64,000 nt of DNA from Phycisphaerales bacterium (GCA_016699835.1 CP064987.1:1776876-1840875); one strand, 5' to 3'; counted from the first letter of the stretch, positions 46,985 to 56,068 are shown. Numbers and translations: made by a program. The notes: a model not told the origin generated them from the sequence alone.

Positions 46985-49714
46985 CTATCTCCCAAACTCA
47001 AACCGCCCACCGGCATATCCCACCCGCACCACATCCCCGCTCCCAATCTCCCCATTCAAAATCTTCGTCGCCAGCGCATTCTCCACCCGCTGCTGAATCA
47101 CTCTCTTGAGTGGCCTCGCTCCAAACACCGGGTCCCACCCCTCCACACCCAACTGCTCCTTCGCCTTCTCCTCCATCTCCAGCACAATCCCCCGCTCCGC
47201 CAGCCGCGCCGTCAGCCGCGCCAACTGGATCTCCACAATCCGAGAGAGCGCCTCCTTCGCCAGCATGTGGAACACCACCACCTCATCGATCCGATTCAGC
47301 AACTCCGGCCGCATCAACCCGCCCGACATCGTCTGCGCCGCCTTGCTCATCACCTCCATCACCTTCGAGGGCAACCCCGCCGCACGCCCCACCTCCTCCG
47401 CCGCCAGCGCCGCCGGCCCGCGCTTCAGCATCTCCCGCATAGCTGCCTCGATCTCCCAGTCCTCCGCCCCGCTCGCCGCCAACTCCTGGATCTGCTGGCT
47501 CCCATAGTTGCTCGTCATCACCACGATCGCGTTGCGGAAGTCCACCGTCCGCCCCTGCCCATCCGTCAGCCGCCCATCATCCAATACCTGCAGCAGAATG
47601 TTGAACACGTCCGGATGCGCCTTCTCGATCTCATCCAGCAGCACCACGCAATACCCCCGCCGCCGCACCGCCTCCGTCAACTGCCCCCCCTCGTCATACC
47701 CCACATACCCCGGAGGCGCCCCGATCAGCCGCGCCACCGCGTGCTTCTCCCCATACTCGCTCATATCAATCCGCACCACCGCCTCGTCCGTGTCGAACAG
47801 AAACTCCGCCAGCGCCTTGCACGTCTCCGTCTTCCCCACGCCCGTCGGCCCCAGAAACAGAAAACTCCCGATCGGCCGATCCGGATCGCTCAATCCCGCC
47901 CGACTCCGCCGCACCGCGTCCGACACCGCCCTCAACGCGTGCTCCTGCCCCACCACCCGCTTCGAGAGTTGTTCCTCCATCCGCGTCAGTTTCTCACGCT
48001 CCCCCTCCACCAGCCGCGACACCGGAATCCCCGTCCACCGCCCCACCACCTCCGCGATCGCCTCCGCATCAACTTCTTCCTTCACGAGCGCATCGCCACG
48101 CTCCTGACGCACCGCCAACGACTGCTCCGCGGCCTTCAACTTCCCCTCAAGATCCCGCATCTCCCCATACCGGATCCGCGCCGCCGACTCCAGGTCCCCA
48201 CGCCGCTGCGCCTGCTCCAACTCCACCTGCTTCTCGTCCATCGTCCGCTTGATGCCCTTCACGGCATCCAACTCCCGCTTCTCCTCCTCCCACCGTGCCG
48301 AGAGCGCCCGATTCTTCTCCTGGATCTCCCCCAACTCCCGCTCGATCCGCTCCAACTCCCGCTGCGTCCCCCCACGCTCGCTGCTCTTCTCGTCCTTCCC
48401 CTTCGACTCGATCTTCAGCGCCTCCCGCTCGATCTCCAGTTGCATGATCCGCCGACGCAACTCATCCAACTCCGTCGGCATGCTGTCGTTCTCAATCCTC
48501 AAACGGCTCGCCGCCTCATCCACAAGATCGATCGCCTTATCCGGCAGGAACCGATCCGCAATGTACCGATGGCTCAACTGCGCCGCCGCCAGAATCGCCT
48601 CGTCCTTGATCCGAACGCCATGGTGCGCCTCATACCGCGGCTTCAGCCCGCGCAAGATCGCCACCGTCTCCTCCACCGTCGGCTGATCCACATACACCGG
48701 CTGGAATCGCCGCTCAAACGCCGCGTCCTTCTCCACGTGCTTGCGATACTCATCCAGCGTCGTCGCCCCGATGCACCGCAACTCCCCACGCGCCAAGGCC
48801 GGCTTGAGCAGGTTCCCCGCGCTCACCGCTCCCTCCGCCGCGCCCGCCCCGATGATCGTGTGCAACTCATCAATGAACAGAATCACCCGCCCATCGCTCG
48901 CCATCACCTCACGCAAGACCGCCTTGAGCCGCTCCTCAAACTCCCCGCGAAACTTCGCCCCCGCAAGCAACTGCCCCACATCCAGCGCCACGATCCGACG
49001 ATCCCGCATGCTCTCCGGGCAATCCCCATTCACAATCCGCAGCGCCAGCCCCTCCGCGATCGCCGTCTTCCCCACGCCAGGCTCACCAATCAACACCGGA
49101 TTGTTCTTGGTCCGTCGGCTCAACACCTGCATGCATCTCCGAATCTCCTCGTCACGCCCGATCACCGGATCCAACTTCCCCTGCTGCGCCTTCTCCGTCA
49201 GGTCGATCCCATACTTCTTGAGCGCCTCATACCCGCTCTCCGCGTTCGCATCGCTCACACTCGACACCCCCGATGACTTCCGAATCTCCCCGATCGCCTT
49301 CTCCAGCCGCGCCTTGCTCGCGCCGAACGAGGTGAGAATCTCCTTCGCCTGCCCCGCCGAGCCGCCAACGTCGAGGAGCGCCAGCAGCAAGTGCTCCGAC
49401 GAGACCAGCGCATCGCCCATGCGCTTCGCCTCGCTCTCCGCCTTCGCCAGTATCTCCATGAGCGCTCGGCCGGCGGCCCCAGCCCCAGACGACGTCGTCG
49501 GCAAGCGATCCAACTCGCTCCGAGCCACACGCTCGATCTCCCCCACATCCGCCCCGGCCTTCCCCAGAATCGACCGCACCGGCCCGCTCCGGTCCTCCAA
49601 CATCCCCCACAACACGTGCAAGCCCCCAACCTCCGCGTGCGACTTCCCCATCGCCTCACGCTGAGCGTCCGCGAGCACCTGCTGAGCAACCGTCGTCAAT
49701 CGATCCTGGCGCAT
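46985..49714 (-). CDS. clpB: ATP-dependent disaggregase ClpB
   Basis: There are two AAA+ modules ([10 protein letters not shown] and GPTGVGKTE), a middle coiled-coil domain and a Clp N-domain. GGAGG precedes the Met31 start. Confidence 0.95.
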   Translation of the reverse strand: MRQDRLTTVAQQVLADAQREAMGKSHAEVGGLHVLWGMLEDRSGPVRSILGKAGADVGEIERVARSELDRLPTTSSGAGAAGRALMEILAKAESEAKRMGDALVSSEHLLLALLDVGGSAGQAKEILTSFGASKARLEKAIGEIRKSSGVSSVSDANAESGYEALKKYGIDLTEKAQQGKLDPVIGRDEEIRRCMQVLSRRTKNNPVLIGEPGVGKTAIAEGLALRIVNGDCPESMRDRRIVALDVGQLLAGAKFRGEFEERLKAVLREVMASDGRVILFIDELHTIIGAGAAEGAVSAGNLLKPALARGELRCIGATTLDEYRKHVEKDAAFERRFQPVYVDQPTVEETVAILRGLKPRYEAHHGVRIKDEAILAAAQLSHRYIADRFLPDKAIDLVDEAASRLRIENDSMPTELDELRRRIMQLEIEREALKIESKGKDEKSSERGGTQRELERIERELGEIQEKNRALSARWEEEKRELDAVKGIKRTMDEKQVELEQAQRRGDLESAARIRYGEMRDLEGKLKAAEQSLAVRQERGDALVKEEVDAEAIAEVVGRWTGIPVSRLVEGEREKLTRMEEQLSKRVVGQEHALRAVSDAVRRSRAGLSDPDRPIGSFLFLGPTGVGKTETCKALAEFLFDTDEAVVRIDMSEYGEKHAVARLIGAPPGYVGYDEGGQLTEAVRRRGYCVVLLDEIEKAHPDVFNILLQVLDDGRLTDGQGRTVDFRNAIVVMTSNYGSQQIQELAASGAEDWEIEAAMREMLKRGPAALAAEEVGRAAGLPSKVMEVMSKAAQTMSGGLMRPELLNRIDEVVVFHMLAKEALSRIVEIQLARLTARLAERGIVLEMEEKAKEQLGVEGWDPVFGARPLKRVIQQRVENALATKILNGEIGSGDVVRVGYAGGRFEFGR

Positions 49715-49980
49715 GGAAATACCTCCACACACCCACCATGCAACCCGCGCACCAACCGACAACCCCATCACACAGGCCCTGTAGCCCCCGTGAAGACCAA
49801 ACACAACCCAAAATAATGGTTCTCGCCGTCCACGGCCAGAGCATCAACCCGCCCCGCTGCCTCACTGGCAGTCCACGCCGCATGCCCCAACCTCCCACAG
49901 TTTCGGTCACAAATCACGACTCCAGCCGAACCGATCGCCTTCCACGCCGAATCGAACCCCACGCCGGTGCACGACAATGC

Positions 49981-50030
49981 CTACAACGGCTAGTGGGGCA
50001 GGCGGCCCGCCTGCCTCTACTTCTTCTACA
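49981..50030 (+). repeat. Family A palindromic element
   Basis: The sequence is CTACAACGGCTAGTGGGGCAGGCGGCCCGCCTGCCTCTACTTCTTCTACA. Confidence 0.8.
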
Positions 50031-50048
50031 GGCTTTCAAGAGAAGCAC

Positions 50049-50285
50049 TTAGGCGAACAGGTCCAAGCCACCAGCCTTCGGCCCAGACCCGCCCGAAGGC
50101 CGAGCACCCCGAGACGAGCCCCGCCCCGTCTCCGCCGCCGACTGGATCAACTGGACCACCGCGTCGCCCTGCGACCGGGCCGTATCCAGGGCCTTCTTCG
50201 CCACCGCGACCGAGATCTTGGATCCCAGATCCACCGATCGGAGAGCACCCAACGACACACCAGATGACACGCCCTGTACGTCCAT
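50049..50285 (-). CDS. YjfB-like small protein (putative motility protein family, tentative)
   Basis: Translation MDVQGVSSGVSLGALRSVDLGSKISVAVAKKALDTARSQGDAVVQLIQSA resembles the YjfB pattern from memory. Confidence 0.5.
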   Translation of the reverse strand: MDVQGVSSGVSLGALRSVDLGSKISVAVAKKALDTARSQGDAVVQLIQSAAETGRGSSRGARPSGGSGPKAGGLDLFA

Positions 50286-50401
50286 ATCCTCACCATCGGC
50301 CAAAGCCCACCCAGGCTTCAGCCCAGACCGCGTTGACAGCCAACCCGCTCCCGCGGTATAACCCGACCTCCAAAACCTGTTCTCTCGTCGAAAGGCCCGA
50401 T

Positions 50402-50674
50402 ATGAACCGCAAAACCCTTCGCTCCGCCGCACTCCTCGCTCTCACCGCCGCCGCCCTCACCGGCTGCGCTGGCGGCCCCGACCGAGCCTCCTACGAAAAA
50501 GTCCGCTACGACATGACCCCCGAACTCCTCACCATCGATCAGCGCCCCGTCGACTACAACAACATGATGGGCATCACCATCAACACCAACAAGCGACTCT
50601 TCTGGGACGACCTCGCGCGGGCCATGCTCCTCGATCGCCCCAGCCGCCTCAGCAACCGCCTCATCCCTTATTGA
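50402..50674 (+). CDS. Small lipoprotein (hypothetical)
   Basis: The N-terminus MNRKTLRSAALLALTAAALTGCAG contains a lipobox (LTGC). Confidence 0.6.
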   Translation: MNRKTLRSAALLALTAAALTGCAGGPDRASYEKVRYDMTPELLTIDQRPVDYNNMMGITINTNKRLFWDDLARAMLLDRPSRLSNRLIPY

Positions 50675-50806
50675 TCGCCCTCTCATATTTCAGCACACAC
50701 CCATCGGCCCCGGCACGCTCGCCGGGGCCGTCTTGCTTTGTGCCCCACTCGTCGACCACAAGCCCACCCGCAACAGGCCCGAATCACCACCCTCGTGAGC
50801 ATAACC

Positions 50807-51181
50807 ATGCCCTACGACGAAACGCTCGCACAACGCATCAGAGACATCCTGGCCGACCGACACGATGTGGTCGAAAAGAAAATGTTCGGCGGCATCGCCT
50901 TCATGGTCTCAGGAAAAATGGCCTGCGGCCCACACGGGAAAAAACTCATCGTGCGCATCGGTGAAGAATCGGCCACAAGGCACATCGGCAAGCCCCATGT
51001 GAAGCCCATGGACTTCACGGGACGTGTGATGAAGGCCTTCGCAACCATTGAACCCGAGGGAATCCGAACCTCGCCACAGTTGAAACGATGGGTCATCATG
51101 GCCGCCGAGTTCGCCGCATCCTCCGCCACGCCAAAGGTGCCGCAGAAACGCGATCGGCGCGAACGCACCAGGAAATCGTGA
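50807..51181 (+). CDS. TfoX/Sxy N-terminal domain protein
   Basis: Translation MPYDETLAQRIRDILADRHDVVEKKMFGGIAFMVSGKMACG. GC content is visibly lower than in the neighbouring genes. Confidence 0.7.
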   Translation: MPYDETLAQRIRDILADRHDVVEKKMFGGIAFMVSGKMACGPHGKKLIVRIGEESATRHIGKPHVKPMDFTGRVMKAFATIEPEGIRTSPQLKRWVIMAAEFAASSATPKVPQKRDRRERTRKS

Positions 51182-51227
51182 TCGGGCGACTCACGCCCTG
51201 CCCATCTCTTCCGGATGCTCTTGGAGT

Positions 51228-51257
51228 AAAAAAACGCCGGGCGTGCCCGGCGTTTTT
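51228..51257. terminator. Bidirectional rho-independent terminator (A7-CGCCGGG-CGTG-CCCGGCG-T5)
   Basis: It lies between the convergent stops at 51181 (+) and 51280 (-). Confidence 0.8.
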
Positions 51258-51279
51258 CGTACCGAAATATCGAAATGTC

Positions 51280-51780
51280 TCACGAAGCCGTGTACTTCCC
51301 ACGCCCCGCACGCTTGAACACCTTCGGATACTTGACCAGCGTCTGGTTCACGATCGTCCGGAAGTTCGGCGAGTTCGTCTTATACCCCGCCTTCTGAACC
51401 TCCACCACAATGTCCTTCACCCGAAGTGTCTTGCCCGACAGTAACTTCTTGAGCGCCGGCACCAGGGGCATGTCATTCACAGGACGCGTCCGTCCCCCAC
51501 CACCGCGACGACCCGCGGGACGACCCGCAGGACGACCCACAGGACGGCCACGCTTCGCGCGAGCCGGCGCGGGACCCGCAGCCGCCGAACCACCACCGGC
51601 CGAAGGAGGACTCCCCGGCGCAAGGTCCGCGATCTGCTGCTCGATCTCCCGCAGTTTCGCCGTCAGCCGCTGACGCTCACGCTCCAACCGGCCCACCGAA
51701 CTCTGCCGCCGAACCAACTCCGCCTGCAGTGCCCGGCTCGAAATCTTCGACAACGAATATCCACTACCACGCTTTGCCAT
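51280..51780 (-). CDS. Hypothetical DNA-binding protein: N-terminal coiled coil, AT-hook-like RGRP repeats, C-terminal winged-helix-like domain
   Basis: The coiled-coil part reads LERERQRLTAKLREIEQQIADL. The AT-hook-like part reads KRGRPVGRPAGRPAGRRGGGG. The C-terminal part reads LRVKDIVVEVQKAGYKTNSPNFRTIVNQTLVKYPKVFKRAGRGKY. Confidence 0.6.
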   Translation of the reverse strand: MAKRGSGYSLSKISSRALQAELVRRQSSVGRLERERQRLTAKLREIEQQIADLAPGSPPSAGGGSAAAGPAPARAKRGRPVGRPAGRPAGRRGGGGRTRPVNDMPLVPALKKLLSGKTLRVKDIVVEVQKAGYKTNSPNFRTIVNQTLVKYPKVFKRAGRGKYTAS

Positions 51781-52040
51781 GAAATGTCCTTCTCATCCAA
51801 GATGAAACACGCGGGCGAACGCCTTGGATCGCGTCACGCTGCCCTCGCGTCTTCGACGCTCAATACGCCGACACGCACGCGCGTCTCCCAATAGTCGCCG
51901 AACGCGCCCACATGCACGCCGGAGAGTCGCGGTGGGATGGCCGCAACAACGCGAATATTAGCGGAATCCACACCCCCATGCGGGATTCTTGACAAAAACC
52001 AATTGCAACTTCAACGACAGTAACCCCTGTTTGGTGTCCG

Positions 52041-53039
52041 TCAATAGTTCTCTCGCGAGAATCCAAGTTTCGAGAGCACGCCATCGAACTGATCGAGTGA
52101 GAAAAACGAGACTATCACTTGCCCCTTCGTGCCTCGACGATCCGTTCGAATCGATACCCGAGTGCCAAGATGTTGCGACAACCGCTTCTCAATATCACGC
52201 ACAACCGCCTCACGAGGGGAATACGTGACCGGGTCCGGATTCGCCCCGGCAACCCGTGCCGCCTCGCTCGCGCCTTCTCCCGCCCGTCGCGACTCCTCCT
52301 CCACACGACGCACGCTCCAGCCGTTCGACGCCGCCTGCTTCGCGAGCGCCACGCGTCGAACGCCGGCCGGCGCCATCAACAGTGCTCGCGCGTGCCCCCC
52401 AGAGAGACGACCGTCCGAGACCATCATCGCGACCTCGTCCTCCAACTCCGTCAGCCGAACCAGGTTCGCGATCGTCGAGCGATCGATCCCAAGTCGTTCC
52501 GCCATCTGGGCCTGGGTCAATCCAAACTCGTCCGCTAGCCGCCGAAGCGCGTGCGCCCGATCCATCGGATTCAGGTCCTCACGCTGTACATTCTCAACAA
52601 GCCCCCACTCCGCCGAATCCTCATCCGTCAACTCACGAACCATCGCCGGAATATGCGTCAGCCCCGCCAACTTCGCGGCACGCCACCGCCGCTCCCCAGC
52701 CACCAACTCCAACTTCCCCCCAGCAATCGGCCGCACGATAATCGGTTGCATCAACCCCGACCGACGGATCGACGCCGCCAACCCCTCCACCGCCGCCGAG
52801 TCCATCACCCGCCGAGGCTGATACTCGCTCGGCACCACCCGTTCCACCGCAATACTCTGATACCCCTCACTCCGAATCTTCTCACCAACTTCCGCAGCGT
52901 TCATACCAGTCTGTATAGTCTGTGTTTGTTCGGTATGCGAAGCAACTTCGACTGGTTTGCTAACATTGATCAAGCTGCTAAGCCCGCGTCCAAGCCGCCG
53001 TCCCTTCACCGCTTCCGCGCCCTTGTTTGACTCGGCCAT
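52041..53039 (-). CDS. parB: Chromosome partitioning protein ParB/Spo0J
   Basis: Translation RRLGRGLSSLI...YQPRR...LAASIRRSGLMQPIIVRP...LVAGERRWRAAKLAGL...ENVQREDLNPMD. GGAGG lies 6 nt upstream of Met163. The 494-aa ORF extension is rejected. Confidence 0.9.
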   Translation of the reverse strand: MAESNKGAEAVKGRRLGRGLSSLINVSKPVEVASHTEQTQTIQTGMNAAEVGEKIRSEGYQSIAVERVVPSEYQPRRVMDSAAVEGLAASIRRSGLMQPIIVRPIAGGKLELVAGERRWRAAKLAGLTHIPAMVRELTDEDSAEWGLVENVQREDLNPMDRAHALRRLADEFGLTQAQMAERLGIDRSTIANLVRLTELEDEVAMMVSDGRLSGGHARALLMAPAGVRRVALAKQAASNGWSVRRVEEESRRAGEGASEAARVAGANPDPVTYSPREAVVRDIEKRLSQHLGTRVSIRTDRRGTKGQVIVSFFSLDQFDGVLSKLGFSRENY

Positions 53040-53075
53040 GAATGTCCTCCTGTAATAACCCGAATTGTACCGCTC

Positions 53076-53531
53076 ATGCGCGCGCAACAGGGAGTGTTTC
53101 ACGTGGCACAAATTGAACTCATCGCCAGAGGCATCTCCCGCCACCGCGGCAAAGTCCTGCTCTGTGGCCACGCTACCAAAAACTACTGGTACCTCCCAGG
53201 CGGCCACGTCGAACCCCACGAATCGGCCGCCGCCGCACTCGCCCGTGAGTTTCTCGAAGAAACCGGCCTGAAAGTCACCGTTGGCCCCTGTGTCGCTGTC
53301 GCAGAGCACATCTTCCGCCAGGGCAAAAAACACCGCCATGAGGTAAATCTTGTGTTTCACGTGAAACATCGGGAAAAGGATGCCCGCTCTCTCGAGCCAG
53401 AGATCGTGTTCAAATGGTGCCGCATCGACGAACTGGAGACGCTTGATCTTCGCCCTGCAGTGGCCGTGGATCTGGTGAAACTCCATCCTGGCGAGGTGCG
53501 GCATTTCCTCTGGAACTCGGACCAAAGTTGA
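53076..53531 (+). CDS. NUDIX hydrolase
   Basis: GGHVEPHESAAAALAREFLEETGL is a complete match to the NUDIX box GX5EX7REUXEEXGU. Confidence 0.85.
   Translation: MRAQQGVFHVAQIELIARGISRHRGKVLLCGHATKNYWYLPGGHVEPHESAAAALAREFLEETGLKVTVGPCVAVAEHIFRQGKKHRHEVNLVFHVKHREKDARSLEPEIVFKWCRIDELETLDLRPAVAVDLVKLHPGEVRHFLWNSDQS
53095..53110. other. Degenerate parS-like site TGTTTCACGTGGCACA (14 of 16 matches to the palindrome)
   Basis: Read directly from the sequence. It lies 56 nt from the parB start, inside the NUDIX 5' end. Confidence 0.55.
53353..53368. other. parS centromere-like site, perfect palindrome TGTTTCACGTGAAACA
   Basis: Exact 16-bp palindrome matching the canonical parS consensus tGTTNCACGTGAAACa. 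It lies inside the NUDIX CDS. Confidence 0.85.
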
Positions 53532-53554
53532 TTCGCTGACAACCCGATCCCAGA

Positions 53555-54376
53555 TTGGTGGATCCGAATCAGCCCAAATCAGAACTGGACGTCGCGGGCC
53601 AGGTTGACCGCCTCCGCGCGCGTGTGGCCGAGTTGGAGCGATCGGCTTTGCTGGGCACCGTTCTGGCTGGCGTGGCCCACGAAATCAATAACATCCTCAC
53701 ACCCGTTCTGGCGTATGCGGAGATGGCCGTGCGGTCCACGGAGGATGATCCGGTTCGTGGGAAGTCGATCGAGCGGACTTTGGCTGGGGTGGGGCGAGCG
53801 GCGACGATTTCGCGGGCGGTTTTGAGTCTTGTGAGGCAGTCGGGGCCTGTGTCTGGGGATTTGGATGTGGCGGCAGCGGTGGACACGGCAGTTACCGCGG
53901 TGCGGGCGCACTACCCGACCACATTGTTCCACGTGAAACATTCCCTACTCACAGCGTCCGTGCCGGAGGCTCAGGTTTCGACGATACTGGAAAATTTGCT
54001 GATGAATGCGGCGCGGGAGAGTTCTCGGGTTGAGGTTGTTGCGCGCGCTGCGGGTATGAATGAGGGTCAGGATTTGTGGGAGGGGATAGAGTGTCGGACG
54101 GAAATTCCGAAGGGTGATGTTGTGTTTGTCGAGGTGTTTTCGCCTGGGAGTCGGATGGCCTTGGAGATGCTGGCGGCCGTGGCGCGTATGTTCCGTGGGG
54201 AGGCGTTTGGTGCCGGGCGTGAGGCACGTGGAACTGGGTATGGCCTAACAATATCCAAACTATTGGCTGATCAGATTGGGGCTGGGCTTGGGTTGGTTTC
54301 GGAGCCTGGTGGAGTTCGGGCAATTCTCGCGCTTCCTGTGTCCTCGGTGAAACAGGAAGCGGGTGCCATGCGATAG
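53555..54376 (+). CDS. Soluble sensor histidine kinase (HisKA plus HATPase_c only)
   Basis: The H-box reads LAGVAHEINNILTPVL. The G-box reads GTGYGLTISKLLADQIGAGLGL. There are no TM segments and no adjacent response regulator. The start is TTG or GTG at 53555/53558. Confidence 0.75.
   Translation: MVDPNQPKSELDVAGQVDRLRARVAELERSALLGTVLAGVAHEINNILTPVLAYAEMAVRSTEDDPVRGKSIERTLAGVGRAATISRAVLSLVRQSGPVSGDLDVAAAVDTAVTAVRAHYPTTLFHVKHSLLTASVPEAQVSTILENLLMNAARESSRVEVVARAAGMNEGQDLWEGIECRTEIPKGDVVFVEVFSPGSRMALEMLAAVARMFRGEAFGAGREARGTGYGLTISKLLADQIGAGLGLVSEPGGVRAILALPVSSVKQEAGAMR
53925..53940. other. parS centromere-like site TGTTCCACGTGAAACA
   Basis: It matches the canonical parS at 15 of 16 palindromic positions and is identical to the classical Bacillus-type sequence. 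It lies inside the kinase CDS. Confidence 0.8.
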
Positions 54377-54412
54377 GTTAGATGGAACCCGAGTTGTATG
54401 AGGAGAGTAGTT

Positions 54413-55936
54413 ATGGGACGTAGCGTGGCATCCGCGTTGGCGGCGGTTTGTGTTTTGGGCGCGGTTGCGGTGGGGCAGCCGGATTTGGGAAACCTGCAAG
54501 AGGTGGCGACGGGGTTGTCGGCGCCGCTGTATGCCGCCCATCCGCCGGGTGATTCGTCGCGGCTGTTCATTGTGGAGCAGTCGGGGAAGATCCGGCTCAT
54601 GGTGAATGGCGTGATGCAGGGTCAGGCGTTCATTGACGTGGGGGCGTTGCTGACGCCGAATACCGGGACGATTGTGCTCTCCGGGACGACGTACTCGTTC
54701 GTGCGTGGGAGTGAGCAGGGGTTGTTGGGCCTGGCGTTTCCGCCAGACTATGCGACGAGCGGCGTGTGCTACGCGTACTTCGTTGGGCCTCGGCAGTCGT
54801 ATGGCGTGAACAACCAGAACCAGACGGCGACGGACTTGGGGCGGTCGTACCTGATCAAGATCACCCGGAGCGATGCGAACGACAACGTGGCGACGAATCC
54901 GCTGCCGTCGTCGATCGGCGACGTTGATGTGATTTTCCAGACGGACCAGCCGTTCACGAATCACAACGGCGGGTGTTTGCAGTTCGGGCCTGACGGGATG
55001 TTGTATCTGAGCCTGGGTGATGGCGGCTCGGGGAACGATCCGCTCAACGCGGCGCTGAACCCCAACAACATCCTCGGGAAGTTGCTGCGGCTGGACGTGT
55101 CACGCGATGACTATCCGGCGGACCCCGCGAAGGACTATGGGATTCCATCGGACAATCCGTACGCGAGTGGTGGGGGGCTGCCTGAGATCTGGGCGCGGGG
55201 TCTGCGCAACTCGTGGCGGTACTCGTTCGATCGGGTGACGGGGGACCTGTGGATCGGCGATGTCGGGCAGAATGTGATCGAGGAAGTGAACTGGGTGCCT
55301 GGGAACGGCGGGCCTGGTCGGAACTATGGATGGCGTTTCCGAGAGGGTGATGCGGCCACGGGTCTCTCGACTGGCGGGTTCGATGTGTCGAATCTCACGG
55401 GTCCGGTGTACACGTACACGCATGGGGCGGGTTCGACGCAGGGATACTCGCTCACGGGCGGGTATGTGTACCGCGGGTCGGCGATCCCGAAGTGGCGCGG
55501 GCGGTACTTCTTCACGGACTATGTGAATCGGCGGATGTGGTCGGGGAAACTGGTGAATGGCGTGTTCACGGATTTCCAGGATCACTACGACGGGTTCTCG
55601 AATCTCGGGACGACGGCGGCGCTTCGATTGCAGAACGTCGCATCATTCGGCGAGGATCCCAATGGCGAGTTGTACATCGTGCAGTTGAATGGACGCGTGC
55701 GGAAACTCGTGGCGGACGCGAACCAGCCCTGCCCCGCGGACTTTGATGACGGGAGCGGCGTTGGACACCCGGACTTTGCGGTGACGATCGACGACCTGCT
55801 CTACTACCTCGGCGTGTTCCAGTCGGGGGCGCTCGAGGCGGACATGGATGACGGGTCGGGGACGGGGGCGTTTGATAATGCCGTGACGATTGATGATTTG
55901 CTGTACTTCATTGGGCACTTCCAGGGGGGGTGCTAA
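54413..55936 (+). CDS. PQQ-dependent sugar (glucose/sorbosone) dehydrogenase-like beta-propeller with a C-terminal double dockerin-like module ending in Gly-Cys
   Basis: Translation GLLGLAFPPDY...HNGGCLQFGPDGMLYLSLGDGGSGNDP...RGLRNSWRYSFD...GWRFREG. The C-terminus reads CPADFDDGSGVGHPDFAVTIDDLLYYL...IGHFQGGC*. GAGGAG precedes the ATG at 54413. Confidence 0.85.
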   Translation: MGRSVASALAAVCVLGAVAVGQPDLGNLQEVATGLSAPLYAAHPPGDSSRLFIVEQSGKIRLMVNGVMQGQAFIDVGALLTPNTGTIVLSGTTYSFVRGSEQGLLGLAFPPDYATSGVCYAYFVGPRQSYGVNNQNQTATDLGRSYLIKITRSDANDNVATNPLPSSIGDVDVIFQTDQPFTNHNGGCLQFGPDGMLYLSLGDGGSGNDPLNAALNPNNILGKLLRLDVSRDDYPADPAKDYGIPSDNPYASGGGLPEIWARGLRNSWRYSFDRVTGDLWIGDVGQNVIEEVNWVPGNGGPGRNYGWRFREGDAATGLSTGGFDVSNLTGPVYTYTHGAGSTQGYSLTGGYVYRGSAIPKWRGRYFFTDYVNRRMWSGKLVNGVFTDFQDHYDGFSNLGTTAALRLQNVASFGEDPNGELYIVQLNGRVRKLVADANQPCPADFDDGSGVGHPDFAVTIDDLLYYLGVFQSGALEADMDDGSGTGAFDNAVTIDDLLYFIGHFQGGC

Positions 55937-56068
55937 GAGAACGCAGAGGGCGCGAGGGGTGGGGAGGGAGACGGAGGGGAGTTGGGAGTTGGTGCGCGCT
56001 GGGGTGCCATGTGATGGGTGCGTTGCGGGCCGCCTGTAGCGCATTGCCCGAAGTGATGCTCAGAGCAG

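Noticed and set aside
49715-50048. Heat-shock control element (CIRCE or a sigma32-type promoter) upstream of clpB
   Set aside because: There is no TTAGCACTC-N9-GAGTGCTAA. A CTTGAAA is present on the minus strand, but no CCCCAT-type -10 lies at the right spacing.
50807-51181. TfoX gene as evidence for a competence locus
   Set aside because: It is a single N-terminal-domain protein with no com or pil DNA-uptake genes nearby.
51781-52040. DnaA-box cluster in the 260-bp spacer downstream of parB
   Set aside because: Only one 7-of-9 match (GAATCCACA) was seen by eye, which is not enough to call oriC here. A matrix scan is needed.
53040-53525. N-terminal 162-aa extension of the parB ORF (52041-53525)
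   Set aside because: The extension overlaps the NUDIX gene, which has a complete NUDIX box. The canonical ParB N-terminus begins at Met163 and has GGAGG upstream.
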